Below are positions 9,859 through 19,067 of a stretch of DNA of 64,000 nucleotides, piece by piece (positions within the stretch are counted from its first letter, which is position 1; each line of letters opens with the position of its first letter). The stretch is taken from positions 96,001-160,000 of the forward strand of contig CAVYRH010000011.1 in NCBI GenBank assembly GCA_963770835.1, in the 5' to 3' direction. The notes under the pieces were generated by a model. It made no database searches and was not told where the DNA came from. It saw nothing but the letters and a program-made list of their open reading frames with translations. The DNA comes from an uncultured Pseudomonadota bacterium. Its GTDB lineage: Bacteria > Oederibacteriota > Muellerivitia > Muellerivitales > Muellerivitaceae. Both the position numbers and the translations under genes were made by a program.

Positions 9859-10527
9859 ATGAGTGCCCTGGAAAGGGATGACCCGAGCCTGGGCCGCATC
9901 AGTGCCTTCAGTGACGGGGTGTTCGCCTTTGCCATCACTTTATTGGTCCTGGCGATCCGCATCCCGCATCCAACCGATGCCGACGCCGCCCAGGGACTGC
10001 TGGCTCTTTTGGCCCAACAGTGGAGGACTTACATCGTCTACGCCATGAGCTTCATGAACATCGGAATCAACTGGACGAACCACCGGATGATGTTCTCGAC
10101 CTTCAAACGCGCCGACCATACCCTCGTTTGGCTCAACCTCCTGTACCTGATGGTAGGGGTCGCCTTCATGCCCGTCCCGACGGCGGTCCTAGGCGCGTGG
10201 CTGGGGGACCCCCACAACCAGGTCGTTGCCACCGTGTTCTACGGAGCTTCCGCTACCCTCGGAGGGGTTGTCTATAATCTGGTTTGGTGGTACGGGGCCT
10301 ACGTCGCCAAGCTAACCTCCCCGGCTCTTACCGCGAGCAAACGGCACGCCCATACTGCGGCTTGGGCTCCGGCCCCGCTTTTCGCCGCCACGCTTTCGGC
10401 TGTTGCCTTCGCGAATCCCGGCCTGGCGGTGGCTGGCTATGTGATCGTCATTTTCGCTTACGTATTGCCACTTCCGGGGTTGTTGGCGATGGTGCGGCGG
10501 CGTAGCTCTCGAGGGAGAAAAGGATAA
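9859..10527 (+). CDS. TMEM175/DUF1211 family membrane protein
   Basis: RISAFSDGVFAFAITLLVL signature; WxxH; WLNLLYL. Confidence 0.88.
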   Translation: MSALERDDPSLGRISAFSDGVFAFAITLLVLAIRIPHPTDADAAQGLLALLAQQWRTYIVYAMSFMNIGINWTNHRMMFSTFKRADHTLVWLNLLYLMVGVAFMPVPTAVLGAWLGDPHNQVVATVFYGASATLGGVVYNLVWWYGAYVAKLTSPALTASKRHAHTAAWAPAPLFAATLSAVAFANPGLAVAGYVIVIFAYVLPLPGLLAMVRRRSSRGRKG

Positions 10528-10555
10528 AAAAATAGGTTCAATCATCACAGAACTT

Positions 10556-10583
10556 TGTCCATGAAGGGGACCCATCGTGGACA
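10556..10583 (+). repeat. 28-bp repeat
   Basis: TGTCCATGAAG GGGACC CATCGTGGACA. Confidence 0.88.
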
Positions 10584-10644
10584 GGTATGGGTCATCAGAA
10601 AATGAAACATTGATGTCTAACAAATAGGAGCAAGTGTTAACTAA

Positions 10645-11382
10645 ATGAGAATCTCATTGGAATTGGTTCCCCGAAGCAAAGAATCTATTTTGGAAGAAGT
10701 GGATAAGATTTCCAATAATCTTAAAAAGGTCAATACGATAAACATTCCGGATTTATTGAGATTTGATTTAAGAAGCTGGGTGGCATGCGGATATGTGAAA
10801 CCCTATTTTCAAAACGCGATACCTCATTTTAGGTCGGTTGATATTAACCTGGACGAACCCTTGCCAATGGCCGTTTTTCTAAAAGAGAACCATTTTAAAG
10901 AAATCATTGTGATCAGCGGCGACATTCCCCAGGACATGTCCCGGAAAATGTACCCATCCGATGTGCTGGAAGTCATTAAAAAATTCAAACGGGAAATTCC
11001 TGGAATTAAGATTTACGCCGCCTTTGATCCTTACCGGCAAGGGATTCACAAAGAGCTCGAATATGCCCACGCCAAACGCGATGCCGGCGCCGATGGTTTT
11101 TTCACGCAACCTTTTTTCGATATTCGTCTCTTTGACATTTATTCTGAATTACTTAAATCTTATGAAGTCTTTTGGGGAGTTTCTCCAGTTTTAAGCATAA
11201 GCTCAAAAAATTATTGGGAGACTAGAAACAAAGTTGTATTTCCCGGGAATTTTAGCCCAACACTAGAGTGGAACCGGGAATTAGCTGAGACTGTTTTAAG
11301 CCGGATCACTTCCGTAAATGGAAACGCGTACTTCATGCCCATTAAAGCCTCGATCTTGGATTGTTATAGTGGGATTCTTTAA
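10645..11382 (+). CDS. Methylenetetrahydrofolate reductase-like flavoprotein
   Basis: SLELVP, INIPD, ISGD, K.DAGADGFFTQPFFD. Confidence 0.75.
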   Translation: MRISLELVPRSKESILEEVDKISNNLKKVNTINIPDLLRFDLRSWVACGYVKPYFQNAIPHFRSVDINLDEPLPMAVFLKENHFKEIIVISGDIPQDMSRKMYPSDVLEVIKKFKREIPGIKIYAAFDPYRQGIHKELEYAHAKRDAGADGFFTQPFFDIRLFDIYSELLKSYEVFWGVSPVLSISSKNYWETRNKVVFPGNFSPTLEWNRELAETVLSRITSVNGNAYFMPIKASILDCYSGIL

Positions 11383-11396
11383 AAAAATGATTCACC

Positions 11397-11424
11397 TGTC
11401 CACGGCGGGGACCCGTCGTGGACA
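11397..11424 (+). repeat. 28-bp repeat, intron-occupied
   Basis: TGTCCACGGCG GGGACC CGTCGTGGACA followed by TC-GTGCC. Confidence 0.9.
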
Positions 11425-11426
11425 TC

Positions 11427-13405
11427 GTGCCAGGAACAAGGGTGTAGAAGCCAGCAGGTGAGGCTTGATATAAGCCGAGTCCTGACGGGGTAACCGCCTG
11501 AGGGCCCCGAAGTCAGCCTCCGTGGCAAGGTCGAGAGGCCTTGCCCGAAACGAGGTCATAAACCTTCGATTAGGAAGGGAACAATCTTACAGTCCGCAAC
11601 ATCAAGTGAATCCTGCCGCGTCGTGAAGAGTCCGCCGAAAGGCGTAAGAGGAGGCCGAGCCTCGTGTCCACGGGCGAAGGCAACAATCTCACCCTCAATA
11701 CAGGATGGGGTGGGGCGAATCCTCCGGCGTATAGGGAACGGAATGTGGGAAAGGCTGCTACATCAACCTGGGAGATCCTACCCGCCAAAAGACTTGCCGC
11801 TATAAGGCTAAAACCGAAAAGTGGTAAGGGTGGGAGGAAGTCGGAGGGGGCAGTAGTACCGATGAAGGGAAGACAACAAAACTTCCCGGAGGGAAGGGCC
11901 CCTGCTTCAACCAAGCAACCAAAAGAAGTGGAGCATGGAGAATGCCTGAAAAGGCTAACAACTCAGAAGACCAAGTGCGCCAATTCCAGAGGGAGCTATA
12001 TCGAGCGGCCAAGAGGAGCCCGAACCGACGCTTTCATGCGTTATACGACAAGCTCACCCGGTGGGACGTGCTTGTGGAGTCATGGAATCAGGTAAGGGCA
12101 AACCAAGGGCATGGTGGGGTGGATGGAAAGAGTTTGGAGGATATAGAGAAAGAGGGTGTAGGACTCTTTCTCCGGCAAATCCGGGAAGAACTCAGAGCGG
12201 GGACGTATCGGCCACAACCGGTCAAGCGGGTAGAAATACCGAAACCGGATGGCGGAAAGCGGCCACTTGGAATACCGGTTATTCGGGATCGTGTGGTACA
12301 AGCCGCCTGTCGTAAGATGGTCGAACCTATTTTTGAGGCAGATTTCCTGGAAGGTTCCTATGGCTTTCGGCCCAAGCGTTCAGCACATCAAGCTCACGAG
12401 GAAATCCTGAAATGGATAGATCGTGGGTGCAGATTTGTGGTGGATGGAGATATTCGAAAATATTTCGACTCCATTGACCATGCCAAGCTGATGGTGCTGA
12501 TGTGTCAAAGGATCAGTGACAAGAAGATTTTGGAACTCATCCAAAGGTGGCTCGAAGCGGGGGTATTGGCGGAAGGTAGGCTTATGCCCACCTCCGAAGG
12601 TACTCCTCAAGGTGGGGTGATTTCCCCATTACTTTCCAATATTTTCCTTCACCTGTTAGACAAGGTCTGGAACAAAAGATACAAGCAACTTGGAAAACTG
12701 GTGCGTTACGCTGACGATTTTGTGGTGTTATGTCCAACACAACAAAAGGCGGAAGAAAGTCTGAAGGTGCTCAAGAGATTACTTGGGCGGTTGGGGTTGG
12801 AAATGCACCCAGAAAAGACGAGGCTGGTGGAAATGGGACCAGGAAAGGATGGTTTTGATTTCCTTGGTTTCCATTACAGGATATGCCGACCCAATAAGAA
12901 GAGGGGAAAAGCATACATCAAAAGCTGGCCCAAGCGTAAATCCATGGAGAAGATCACTGAGAGGATAAAAGCGGTGACTTCGGAGAAATGGCGGCTGTCG
13001 CTTTCAATGGAAGAATTGGTAAAAACTCTGAATCCGATTTTGAGGGGTTGGGCCAATTATTTCAAAGTGGGGACAAGCTGGAAACAGTTTGATAAGGTGG
13101 ATTTATTTACATACCGAAGGCTATTGTTATTCCGAAGGCGAAAGCATCGTCAGAGGATAATGAATTGGTCGGGGGTCGAAGATGAATTCAAAAGGTTAGG
13201 CCTGTATCGGCTATCTAGACGTGCCATTGTTGCTTGAATGCCGCCGAAATAAAGGTTGTCGGAAAGCCGTATGATCGAAAAGGTCACGTACGGTTTGATG
13301 AGGGGGCACTGGAAACGTGGTTATGAGAGCCGGACTGAGGCCCAATTCGAAAGGGTTGGATTAGCCACCGTACTCTAATGCATACGCGCCAGTGCTCTAC
13401 TCTGC
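11427..13405 (+). mobile_element. Autonomous group II intron (true 5' end may be 11424)
   Basis: GTGCC start, RT ORF in DIV, DV with AGC triad near 13263-13296, long DVI with bulged A, ends CTCTACTCTGC. Confidence 0.93.
11942..13237 (+). CDS. ltrA: Group II intron reverse transcriptase/maturase, no endonuclease domain
   Basis: GVDG, IPKPDGGKRPLGIP..RDR, SYGFRP, GTPQGGVISPLL, YADD, FDFLGF, domain X LRGWANYF; no C-terminal HNH. Confidence 0.96.
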   Translation: MPEKANNSEDQVRQFQRELYRAAKRSPNRRFHALYDKLTRWDVLVESWNQVRANQGHGGVDGKSLEDIEKEGVGLFLRQIREELRAGTYRPQPVKRVEIPKPDGGKRPLGIPVIRDRVVQAACRKMVEPIFEADFLEGSYGFRPKRSAHQAHEEILKWIDRGCRFVVDGDIRKYFDSIDHAKLMVLMCQRISDKKILELIQRWLEAGVLAEGRLMPTSEGTPQGGVISPLLSNIFLHLLDKVWNKRYKQLGKLVRYADDFVVLCPTQQKAEESLKVLKRLLGRLGLEMHPEKTRLVEMGPGKDGFDFLGFHYRICRPNKKRGKAYIKSWPKRKSMEKITERIKAVTSEKWRLSLSMEELVKTLNPILRGWANYFKVGTSWKQFDKVDLFTYRRLLLFRRRKHRQRIMNWSGVEDEFKRLGLYRLSRRAIVA

Positions 13406-13462
13406 AAAGAAATAGGTAAAAGACGCACCACCCTTGAAGTGTTTAATTAAAGGCAACTCAAT

Positions 13463-13852
13463 ATGATCCTAAAATTCCGAACACCTCTTTTGATCACTTT
13501 TGCAATTATCACTGGTTACTTCTGGACCGTTCCAAATATTTTTTTCATGATTTTTAGCAATTTGCTACCGGTCCTGATTATTGCCTTTGGGGTAGTTCTT
13601 CTTTTTCGCGATATGTCCTGGAACCGACAAGCATTGCTCGTGGTTTTCTTTCTCGTCCTGGCTGAGTTCGCCAGAGATACCTTCGTTTGCCTTTTTACCA
13701 ATGGGTGGGCTCAAATGATAGCTAATGGGAATTGGAAGACTTATATCAGAATGTTTGGGGTTCAGGTTGTTGTTGGCCTTGTCGCATGGGGAACAGTGAA
13801 ATTGTTCTTAAAAGTCATTGAACACAAACGGTTTAAACCTAGTAGGCGATAA
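13463..13852 (+). CDS. Hypothetical membrane protein
   Basis: About 4 TM segments; lies between intron end and next repeat. Confidence 0.65.
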   Translation: MILKFRTPLLITFAIITGYFWTVPNIFFMIFSNLLPVLIIAFGVVLLFRDMSWNRQALLVVFFLVLAEFARDTFVCLFTNGWAQMIANGNWKTYIRMFGVQVVVGLVAWGTVKLFLKVIEHKRFKPSRR

Positions 13853-13896
13853 AACGGCTTTGATTTTTTCAAAGATTTAATCCGGTCGAAAAACCT

Positions 13897-13924
13897 TGTC
13901 CACGATGGGGACCCGTCGTGGACA
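13897..13924 (+). repeat. 28-bp repeat, intron-occupied
   Basis: TGTCCACGATG GGGACC CGTCGTGGACA. Confidence 0.9.
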
Positions 13925-13926
13925 TC

Positions 13927-14724
13927 GTGCCAGAGGAGGGTTTGCAGAGCCAGCAGGTGAGGGAGTAGGCCGATGAGGGTCAACCCAAGTCCTGACCAGG
14001 TAATCACCAGAGAGCCTGGAAGTCAGCCCCCGGCGTAGGATCGAGAGGTCCTGCCCGAAACGGGGTCATAAACCTCATTTAGTGAGGGAACAATCCAGCA
14101 GTCCGCAACATCAAGTGAATCCTGCCGCTTCGTGAATGGGACACCGAAAGGTGCAAGGGGATGCCGAGCCGCGTGTCTACTGGCGAAGGCCACGATCCCG
14201 CTGAAGAATCTGGTAGCAAGCGGGGCAAGTCCTCCGGAGTATGGGGAACGGAATGTTGGAAAGGCTATGCAAGCAAGCTGGGAGATCCTACCCGCCAAAA
14301 GACTTGCCGCTATAAGGCTAAAACCGAAAAGAGGCAAGGGTGGGAGGAAGTCGGAGGGGGTCACAGTACCGATGAAGGGGTGGACAACAAAACCACCCTG
14401 AGGGAAGGACCCCTGCTTCAACCATGTGTCTCAAAGAAGGTAGGCGCTGGAGCATGCCCCAAAAGGGCCAACAACTCTGTAGTACCAAAGCGCGAGGCCT
14501 TTGACAACAGGCACTATGCCGAGCGGCCAAGGGGGAAGTCGAACCTGTAAAGCCGCCGGAGGAGAGGTTGTCGGAAAGCCGTATGATCGAAAAGGTCACG
14601 TACGGTTTGACGAGGGGGCGCTGGAAACGAAGTGATGAGGGAACCTCGTTGGGGCACGGAACCGGAAACGGGGAAACAGATCAAGGAACCCTCTGCACAC
14701 CATCGCGCCAGTGCTCTACTCTGC
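13927..14724 (+). mobile_element. ORF-less group II intron, 798 nt (true 5' end may be 13924)
   Basis: Colinear with the autonomous intron over all domains; DIV reduced to a remnant of the RT 5' end; DV identical. Confidence 0.92.
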
Positions 14725-14728
14725 ATAA

Positions 14729-14755
14729 ATATGTACGGAATATTACCGTACATAT
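14729..14755. promoter_or_regulatory. Palindromic operator upstream of TA operon
   Basis: ATATGTACGG-N7-CCGTACATAT perfect inverted repeat. Confidence 0.65.
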
Positions 14756-14782
14756 GATATATTTAATGCGGAGGTAATAGCC

Positions 14783-15064
14783 ATGACGAAAGCTCTAAAA
14801 ACTAAGGAAGAACGCATCGAACTGAGGGTAAGGCCCCAGGATAAGCGGTTATTGGAAAAAGCCGCCCAGGCCCAGGGTTTGAGCCTGAGTTCCTATCTCG
14901 TGACGCGGTCCCTCCATGCGGCCCAGGAAGACGCGATCCCGGTTAAAACCTATGTTCCGCCTAAACGGGACCTGGACTTATTCCTAAGGCTTCTGGAAAA
15001 CCCTCCCGAGCCTAACGAAAAGCTTAAAGCGGCGGCACGGCGTTACCAAAAAGAGATATCCTAA
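14783..15064 (+). CDS. DUF1778 (RHH) antitoxin
   Basis: ERIELRV...KAAQ..GLSLSSY...LENPPEPNEKLK. Confidence 0.9.
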   Translation: MTKALKTKEERIELRVRPQDKRLLEKAAQAQGLSLSSYLVTRSLHAAQEDAIPVKTYVPPKRDLDLFLRLLENPPEPNEKLKAAARRYQKEIS

Positions 15065-15073
15065 TCTGCCGTT

Positions 15074-15589
15074 ATGACAGGCCAAAAATGGAAGTTTGTC
15101 CCTATCACGGAAAAACCGAATCTCGAAGCTTTTGACTGTGGCATTTCTGAACTCAATGATTATCTGAAAAAATACGCAGGCCAGAACCACCGCAAGGGGT
15201 TAGGAAGCACTTATGTCCTCATTCCCGTCGAAGGAGAACCCATCGCGGCTGGTTATCACACCTTGAGCATGGCTCAGGTGGAATTGCGTTCGTTGCCAGA
15301 ACCCCAACGTAAAAACCTCCCGAAGTATCCAATTCCCGCCGTTCGATTGGGACGCCTTGCCGTTGACTGCCAATGGCAAGGAACCGGATTGGGGGAGATG
15401 TTGCTGATGGATGCTATTCACCGGTCTGTTGCCGCCGTCCAATCGGTGGCCGCGAAGTATATGATCGTCGATGCCAAAAACAAAAAAGCTGAGGAATTTT
15501 ATTTACGTTACGGGTTTCAACCCTTTGAGGGCGGTTCACACTCATTAGTAGCGGCCATCGATACGTTAAAGGGACTTTTCACGAAATGA
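15074..15589 (+). CDS. GNAT toxin (TacT/AtaT-like)
   Basis: FDCG..ELNDYL, LGRLAVD..WQGTGLG..LL.DA, VDAKN..A..FY..YGF. Confidence 0.9.
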   Translation: MTGQKWKFVPITEKPNLEAFDCGISELNDYLKKYAGQNHRKGLGSTYVLIPVEGEPIAAGYHTLSMAQVELRSLPEPQRKNLPKYPIPAVRLGRLAVDCQWQGTGLGEMLLMDAIHRSVAAVQSVAAKYMIVDAKNKKAEEFYLRYGFQPFEGGSHSLVAAIDTLKGLFTK

Positions 15590-15605
15590 AACGAGTGGTT
15601 AAGGC

Positions 15606-15633
15606 TGTCCACGACGGGGACCCGTCGTGGACA
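15606..15633 (+). repeat. 28-bp repeat (perfect arms), intron-occupied
   Basis: TGTCCACGACG GGGACC CGTCGTGGACA. Confidence 0.92.
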
Positions 15634-15635
15634 TC

Positions 15636-16433
15636 GTGCCAGAGGAGGGTTTGCAGAGCCAGCAGGTGAGGGAGTAGGCCGATGAGGGTCAACCCAAGTC
15701 CTGACCAGGTAATCACCAGAGAGCCTGGAAGTCAGCCCCCGGCGTAGGATCGAGAGGTCCTGCCCGAAACGGGGTCATAAACCTCATTTAGTGAGGGAAC
15801 AATCCAGCAGTCCGCAACATCAAGTGAATCCTGCCGCTTCGTGAATGGGACACCGAAAGGTGCAAGGGGATGCCGAGCCGCGTGTCTACTGGCGAAGGCC
15901 ACGATCCCGCTGAAGAATCTGGTAGCAAGCGGGGCAAGTCCTCCGGAGTATGGGGAACGGAATGTTGGAAAGGCTATGCAAGCAAGCTGGGAGATCCTAC
16001 CCGCCAAAAGACTTGCCGCTATAAGGCTAAAACCGAAAAGAGGCAAGGGTGGGAGGAAGTCGGAGGGGGTCACAGTACCGATGAAGGGGTGGACAACAAA
16101 ACCACCCTGAGGGAAGGACCCCTGCTTCAACCATGTGTCTCAAAGAAGGTAGGCGCTGGAGCATGCCCCAAAAGGGCCAACAACTCTGTAGTACCAAAGC
16201 GCGAGGCCTTTGACAACAGGCACTATGCCGAGCGGCCAAGGGGGAAGTCGAACCTGTAAAGCCGCCGGAGGAGAGGTTGTCGGAAAGCCGTATGATCGAA
16301 AAGGTCACGTACGGTTTGACGAGGGGGCGCTGGAAACGAAGTGATGAGGGAACCTCGTTGGGGCACGGAACCGGAAACGGGGAAACAGATCAAGGAACCC
16401 TCTGCACACCATCGCGCCAGTGCTCTACTCTGC
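15636..16433 (+). mobile_element. ORF-less group II intron, 798 nt, second full copy
   Basis: Appears identical to 13927-14724 at offset 1709; ORF-track translations are identical. Confidence 0.92.
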
Positions 16434-16460
16434 AAATTCTAATAATAATTCTGTAAGGAG

Positions 16461-16895
16461 TTGCAAGTGAGTTCAACATGGTTCTTTGTCTTATTAACCA
16501 CGCTCTCTTTTGGATTCTTTAATATTTTCATTCGGGCCGCGGGTCCGAAAATTGGCGGGGTTTTGGGGCCGCTGGTTGTTGAGGGATTTGCGATGGCCGT
16601 TCTCTTACTTTTTTTCATTTGGCGAAAGTTTAATGGGTCGGTAGAGTCAGCAACGGCCATGGGGTTGACATTTTCAATGGCCGCCGGATTTTGCGCCGCC
16701 GCCGGTTCGATTGGGTTTTTTATCGTCTTTTCAAGGGGAGGCCAGCTTTCGGTGGCAGGCTCCTTTGTTTTAATCGGGAGCACCATGCTAACGATATTGG
16801 GTGGGTTTATCCTTTTTAAGGAACCGATCAACGCTCATCGTATAGTTGGGATCATTTTGGGACTTATCAGCCTTTACCTTTTGCGGGTGGAATAA
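16461..16895 (+). CDS. EamA/DMT family membrane protein
   Basis: About 5 TM; C-terminal LFKEPI...IVGIILG; AAGGAG just upstream, start may be GTG 16467. Confidence 0.75.
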   Translation: MQVSSTWFFVLLTTLSFGFFNIFIRAAGPKIGGVLGPLVVEGFAMAVLLLFFIWRKFNGSVESATAMGLTFSMAAGFCAAAGSIGFFIVFSRGGQLSVAGSFVLIGSTMLTILGGFILFKEPINAHRIVGIILGLISLYLLRVE

Positions 16896-16916
16896 GCAAA
16901 TCGACGGATTTGATAT

Positions 16917-16944
16917 TGTCCACGACGGGGAACCATTGTGGATA
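16917..16944 (+). repeat. 28-bp repeat
   Basis: TGTCCACGACG GGGAAC CATTGTGGATA, followed by GGTTGAAATCC as at 920 and 7369. Confidence 0.85.
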
Positions 16945-17013
16945 GGTTGAAATCCCTTTAATACCTGGCAGGGCCGTCCTTTGGGTTCCAACACCGCCAA
17001 ATTCTCCCAATCT

Positions 17014-17116
17014 ATTGATTGAATAGACGCTCTTAGCCCGGCAAATCTTAGCTATCCCCAATCGCCCGGCTTGGCTATAAAATACCGCAAGTTTTCGGGT
17101 TTTCCTGTCAGCTGTT
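17014..17116 (+). promoter_or_regulatory. Copy 2 of triplicated recN-type leader
   Basis: Near-identical to 19812-19911. Confidence 0.65.
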
Positions 17117-17141
17117 AACTTCCAACTTCGGAGTAAAAACT

Positions 17142-18431
17142 ATGGCGGTATTTTTTCTGGTCTTGGGTGTCATCGTCGCGGCCGTTGCCCTTCGCTTTTT
17201 CGTCGGGGCCGGGTCGAAAAACAAGAAAGGCAGTCTCCTTGTCTTTTCCTGGGGCGACATCGAGGAAAACCAGGTCCTGAGCGATCTCATCAATGACTTC
17301 ATGAAATTAAATCCGTCCGTGTCGGTCTCGTTGCAGCGCACCCCTTATGTCAATTACTCGGAAACCGTAGTGAGATCCCTTGAGGGACGGGGCCCGGACG
17401 TCCTATTTGTGGAGGTCAATAATTTCGCCGATTTTTTGTACCAAAAAGTCCTGGAACCCTTGGATTCTTACGTCAAAACCGACCGCCTGGATATGACGGA
17501 TTTTTACCCGGCCGTATTGGACCGCTTCACCTCGGAGAAACGAACTTACGTCATTCCCCGCGACACGGCCCCCTGGTGCCTTGTTTATTACAATAAGTCC
17601 GCCTTTGACGAAGCCAATGTGCCTTATCCAAAGGATGATTGGAATTGGGACCAATTCGCCGAAGCGGCGATGAAGGTCCAAAAAATAGGCGCTTCGGGCG
17701 GGGTCATGCGCTGGGGGTTCATTGACGACAAGACCCTTCCGAGCGCGTGGATTTTTAGCGCGGGCGGGACCTTCGCGGACGACGTTCACCAACCCACCCG
17801 ATGGACCTTCACGGACGACCCGGCCACCCTCAAGGGGATCCGGTTCCGTTACGACTTGATCCATAAGTACAAGGTCTCCCTGGCGCCCTCCAAAATAGCC
17901 GGTTTTACCGTGAGCGAAGGCTCGGACATGTTCCGCTTCGGCACGGCCGCCATGTACCTTTCGGGTTTGAAATGGCCCCCCCACTTTCGCGAGATCAAAA
18001 ATTTTAAATGGGATGTGGCCATGCTTCCCAAGGGACCCGGCGGGGAACGGGCCTTTTCCACCGGGGGCTCGGGTTACGGTATTTCGAGGCGATCCGGGAA
18101 CAAACCAACAGCTTGGGAATTGGTGAAATTCCTGACCGGCGCGGAAGCCGAACGAAAAAGGCTGGCCACTGGATTGGCCCAGCCCGCCTTAAGGAAGATG
18201 GCTTATTCCGACCTTTTCCTGGACCGGAATGACCCCTTGAACAAGAAAATTTTGATCGATGCGGTGGAGCACGTTAAATATTTTCCCCTGTGCGGCAATT
18301 GGCAGGAGGTGGAGACCCTGATCACGGCCGGTTTGGAAAACGTGTGGGAGGGGAAGGAAACCCCCGAGGCGGCCATGGATAAATTGCGGCCCCTCCTCCT
18401 GAAGCATCCGCCCCTCACCGTTCCAAAGTGA
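17142..18431 (+). CDS. Sugar ABC transporter substrate-binding protein (orphan)
   Basis: PDV, LEPLD, YYNK..FDEA.V.YP..WNWD, AWELVKFL; no permease or ATPase adjacent. Confidence 0.85.
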   Translation: MAVFFLVLGVIVAAVALRFFVGAGSKNKKGSLLVFSWGDIEENQVLSDLINDFMKLNPSVSVSLQRTPYVNYSETVVRSLEGRGPDVLFVEVNNFADFLYQKVLEPLDSYVKTDRLDMTDFYPAVLDRFTSEKRTYVIPRDTAPWCLVYYNKSAFDEANVPYPKDDWNWDQFAEAAMKVQKIGASGGVMRWGFIDDKTLPSAWIFSAGGTFADDVHQPTRWTFTDDPATLKGIRFRYDLIHKYKVSLAPSKIAGFTVSEGSDMFRFGTAAMYLSGLKWPPHFREIKNFKWDVAMLPKGPGGERAFSTGGSGYGISRRSGNKPTAWELVKFLTGAEAERKRLATGLAQPALRKMAYSDLFLDRNDPLNKKILIDAVEHVKYFPLCGNWQEVETLITAGLENVWEGKETPEAAMDKLRPLLLKHPPLTVPK

Positions 18432-18490
18432 AATTTGAGGTTGGAGGGCCAATGGAACGCTTGCTTTCCGTTTGGAAGGGATTTAATATA

Positions 18491-18512
18491 TTGTTACTCA
18501 ATTAAGTAACAA
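18491..18512. promoter_or_regulatory. Palindromic operator upstream of second TA operon
   Basis: TTGTTACT-N6-AGTAACAA abutting AGGAG RBS. Confidence 0.6.
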
Positions 18513-18522
18513 AGGAGTTCCC

Positions 18523-18777
18523 TTGAAATTCGTGAATATGCGCGACTTGCGCTTGAAAACCCCCTCGGTGATGAAGGGCGTGGAAAAAGGGGAAAAATAC
18601 ATCATTACGAACCATGGAAAGCCCCAGGCCGTCCTGCTGCACCTGACTGAGGACGAAATCGAGGATTTGGTTTATAAGCAACCCGAGTTCATGGACCAAA
18701 TAGAGGAGTCGAGGAAGGAATACGGAAAGAAAGGCGGGGTTCCGCTTTCGGAAGCCCGCAAGCGGCTGGGACTCTGA
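18523..18777 (+). CDS. Phd/YefM family antitoxin
   Basis: VNMRDLR...IITNHGKPQAVL. Confidence 0.85.
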   Translation: MKFVNMRDLRLKTPSVMKGVEKGEKYIITNHGKPQAVLLHLTEDEIEDLVYKQPEFMDQIEESRKEYGKKGGVPLSEARKRLGL

Positions 18778-18778
18778 C

Positions 18779-19051
18779 TTGTCCCTCCTCGTTGAGCTTT
18801 CACCCCGTGCCTTGAGGGATTTGAAGGCCTTTGAAAAAGCCGCGGCAGGGGAAATCCTGGACGGCCTGAAAATCCTCCAAACCCGCCCTTGGCCCGGCCC
18901 TCCCCGAGTAAAAAAACTAGAAGGTTATAAGAATCTTTATCGTTTGAGAATCGGGAATTACAGGTGCCTTTTCGAACCCACTGAAAAGGGAGTGGTTGTT
19001 TTGCGTGTCCTGGACCGAAAAGAACTGGAAAGAATCCTGAGGAATCTTTAA
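18779..19051 (+). CDS. RelE/ParE family toxin
   Basis: A.RDL, VKKLEG...YRLRIGNYR, V..R. Confidence 0.88.
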   Translation: MSLLVELSPRALRDLKAFEKAAAGEILDGLKILQTRPWPGPPRVKKLEGYKNLYRLRIGNYRCLFEPTEKGVVVLRVLDRKELERILRNL

Positions 19052-19067
19052 AGGACGTGAAATGGTT

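Noticed and set aside
11942..13237. RT as retron, DGR or defence RT
   Set aside because: It has domain X and sits within a full group II ribozyme; the repeated copies show no adenine-specific differences.
14023..16435. Short ORFs inside the ORF-less introns
   Set aside because: They overlap structured ribozyme sequence and lack protein motifs or RBS.
9786..16944. 28-bp repeats as plain rho-independent terminators
   Set aside because: No U-tract on either side, several copies pair poorly, yet length and core are fixed.
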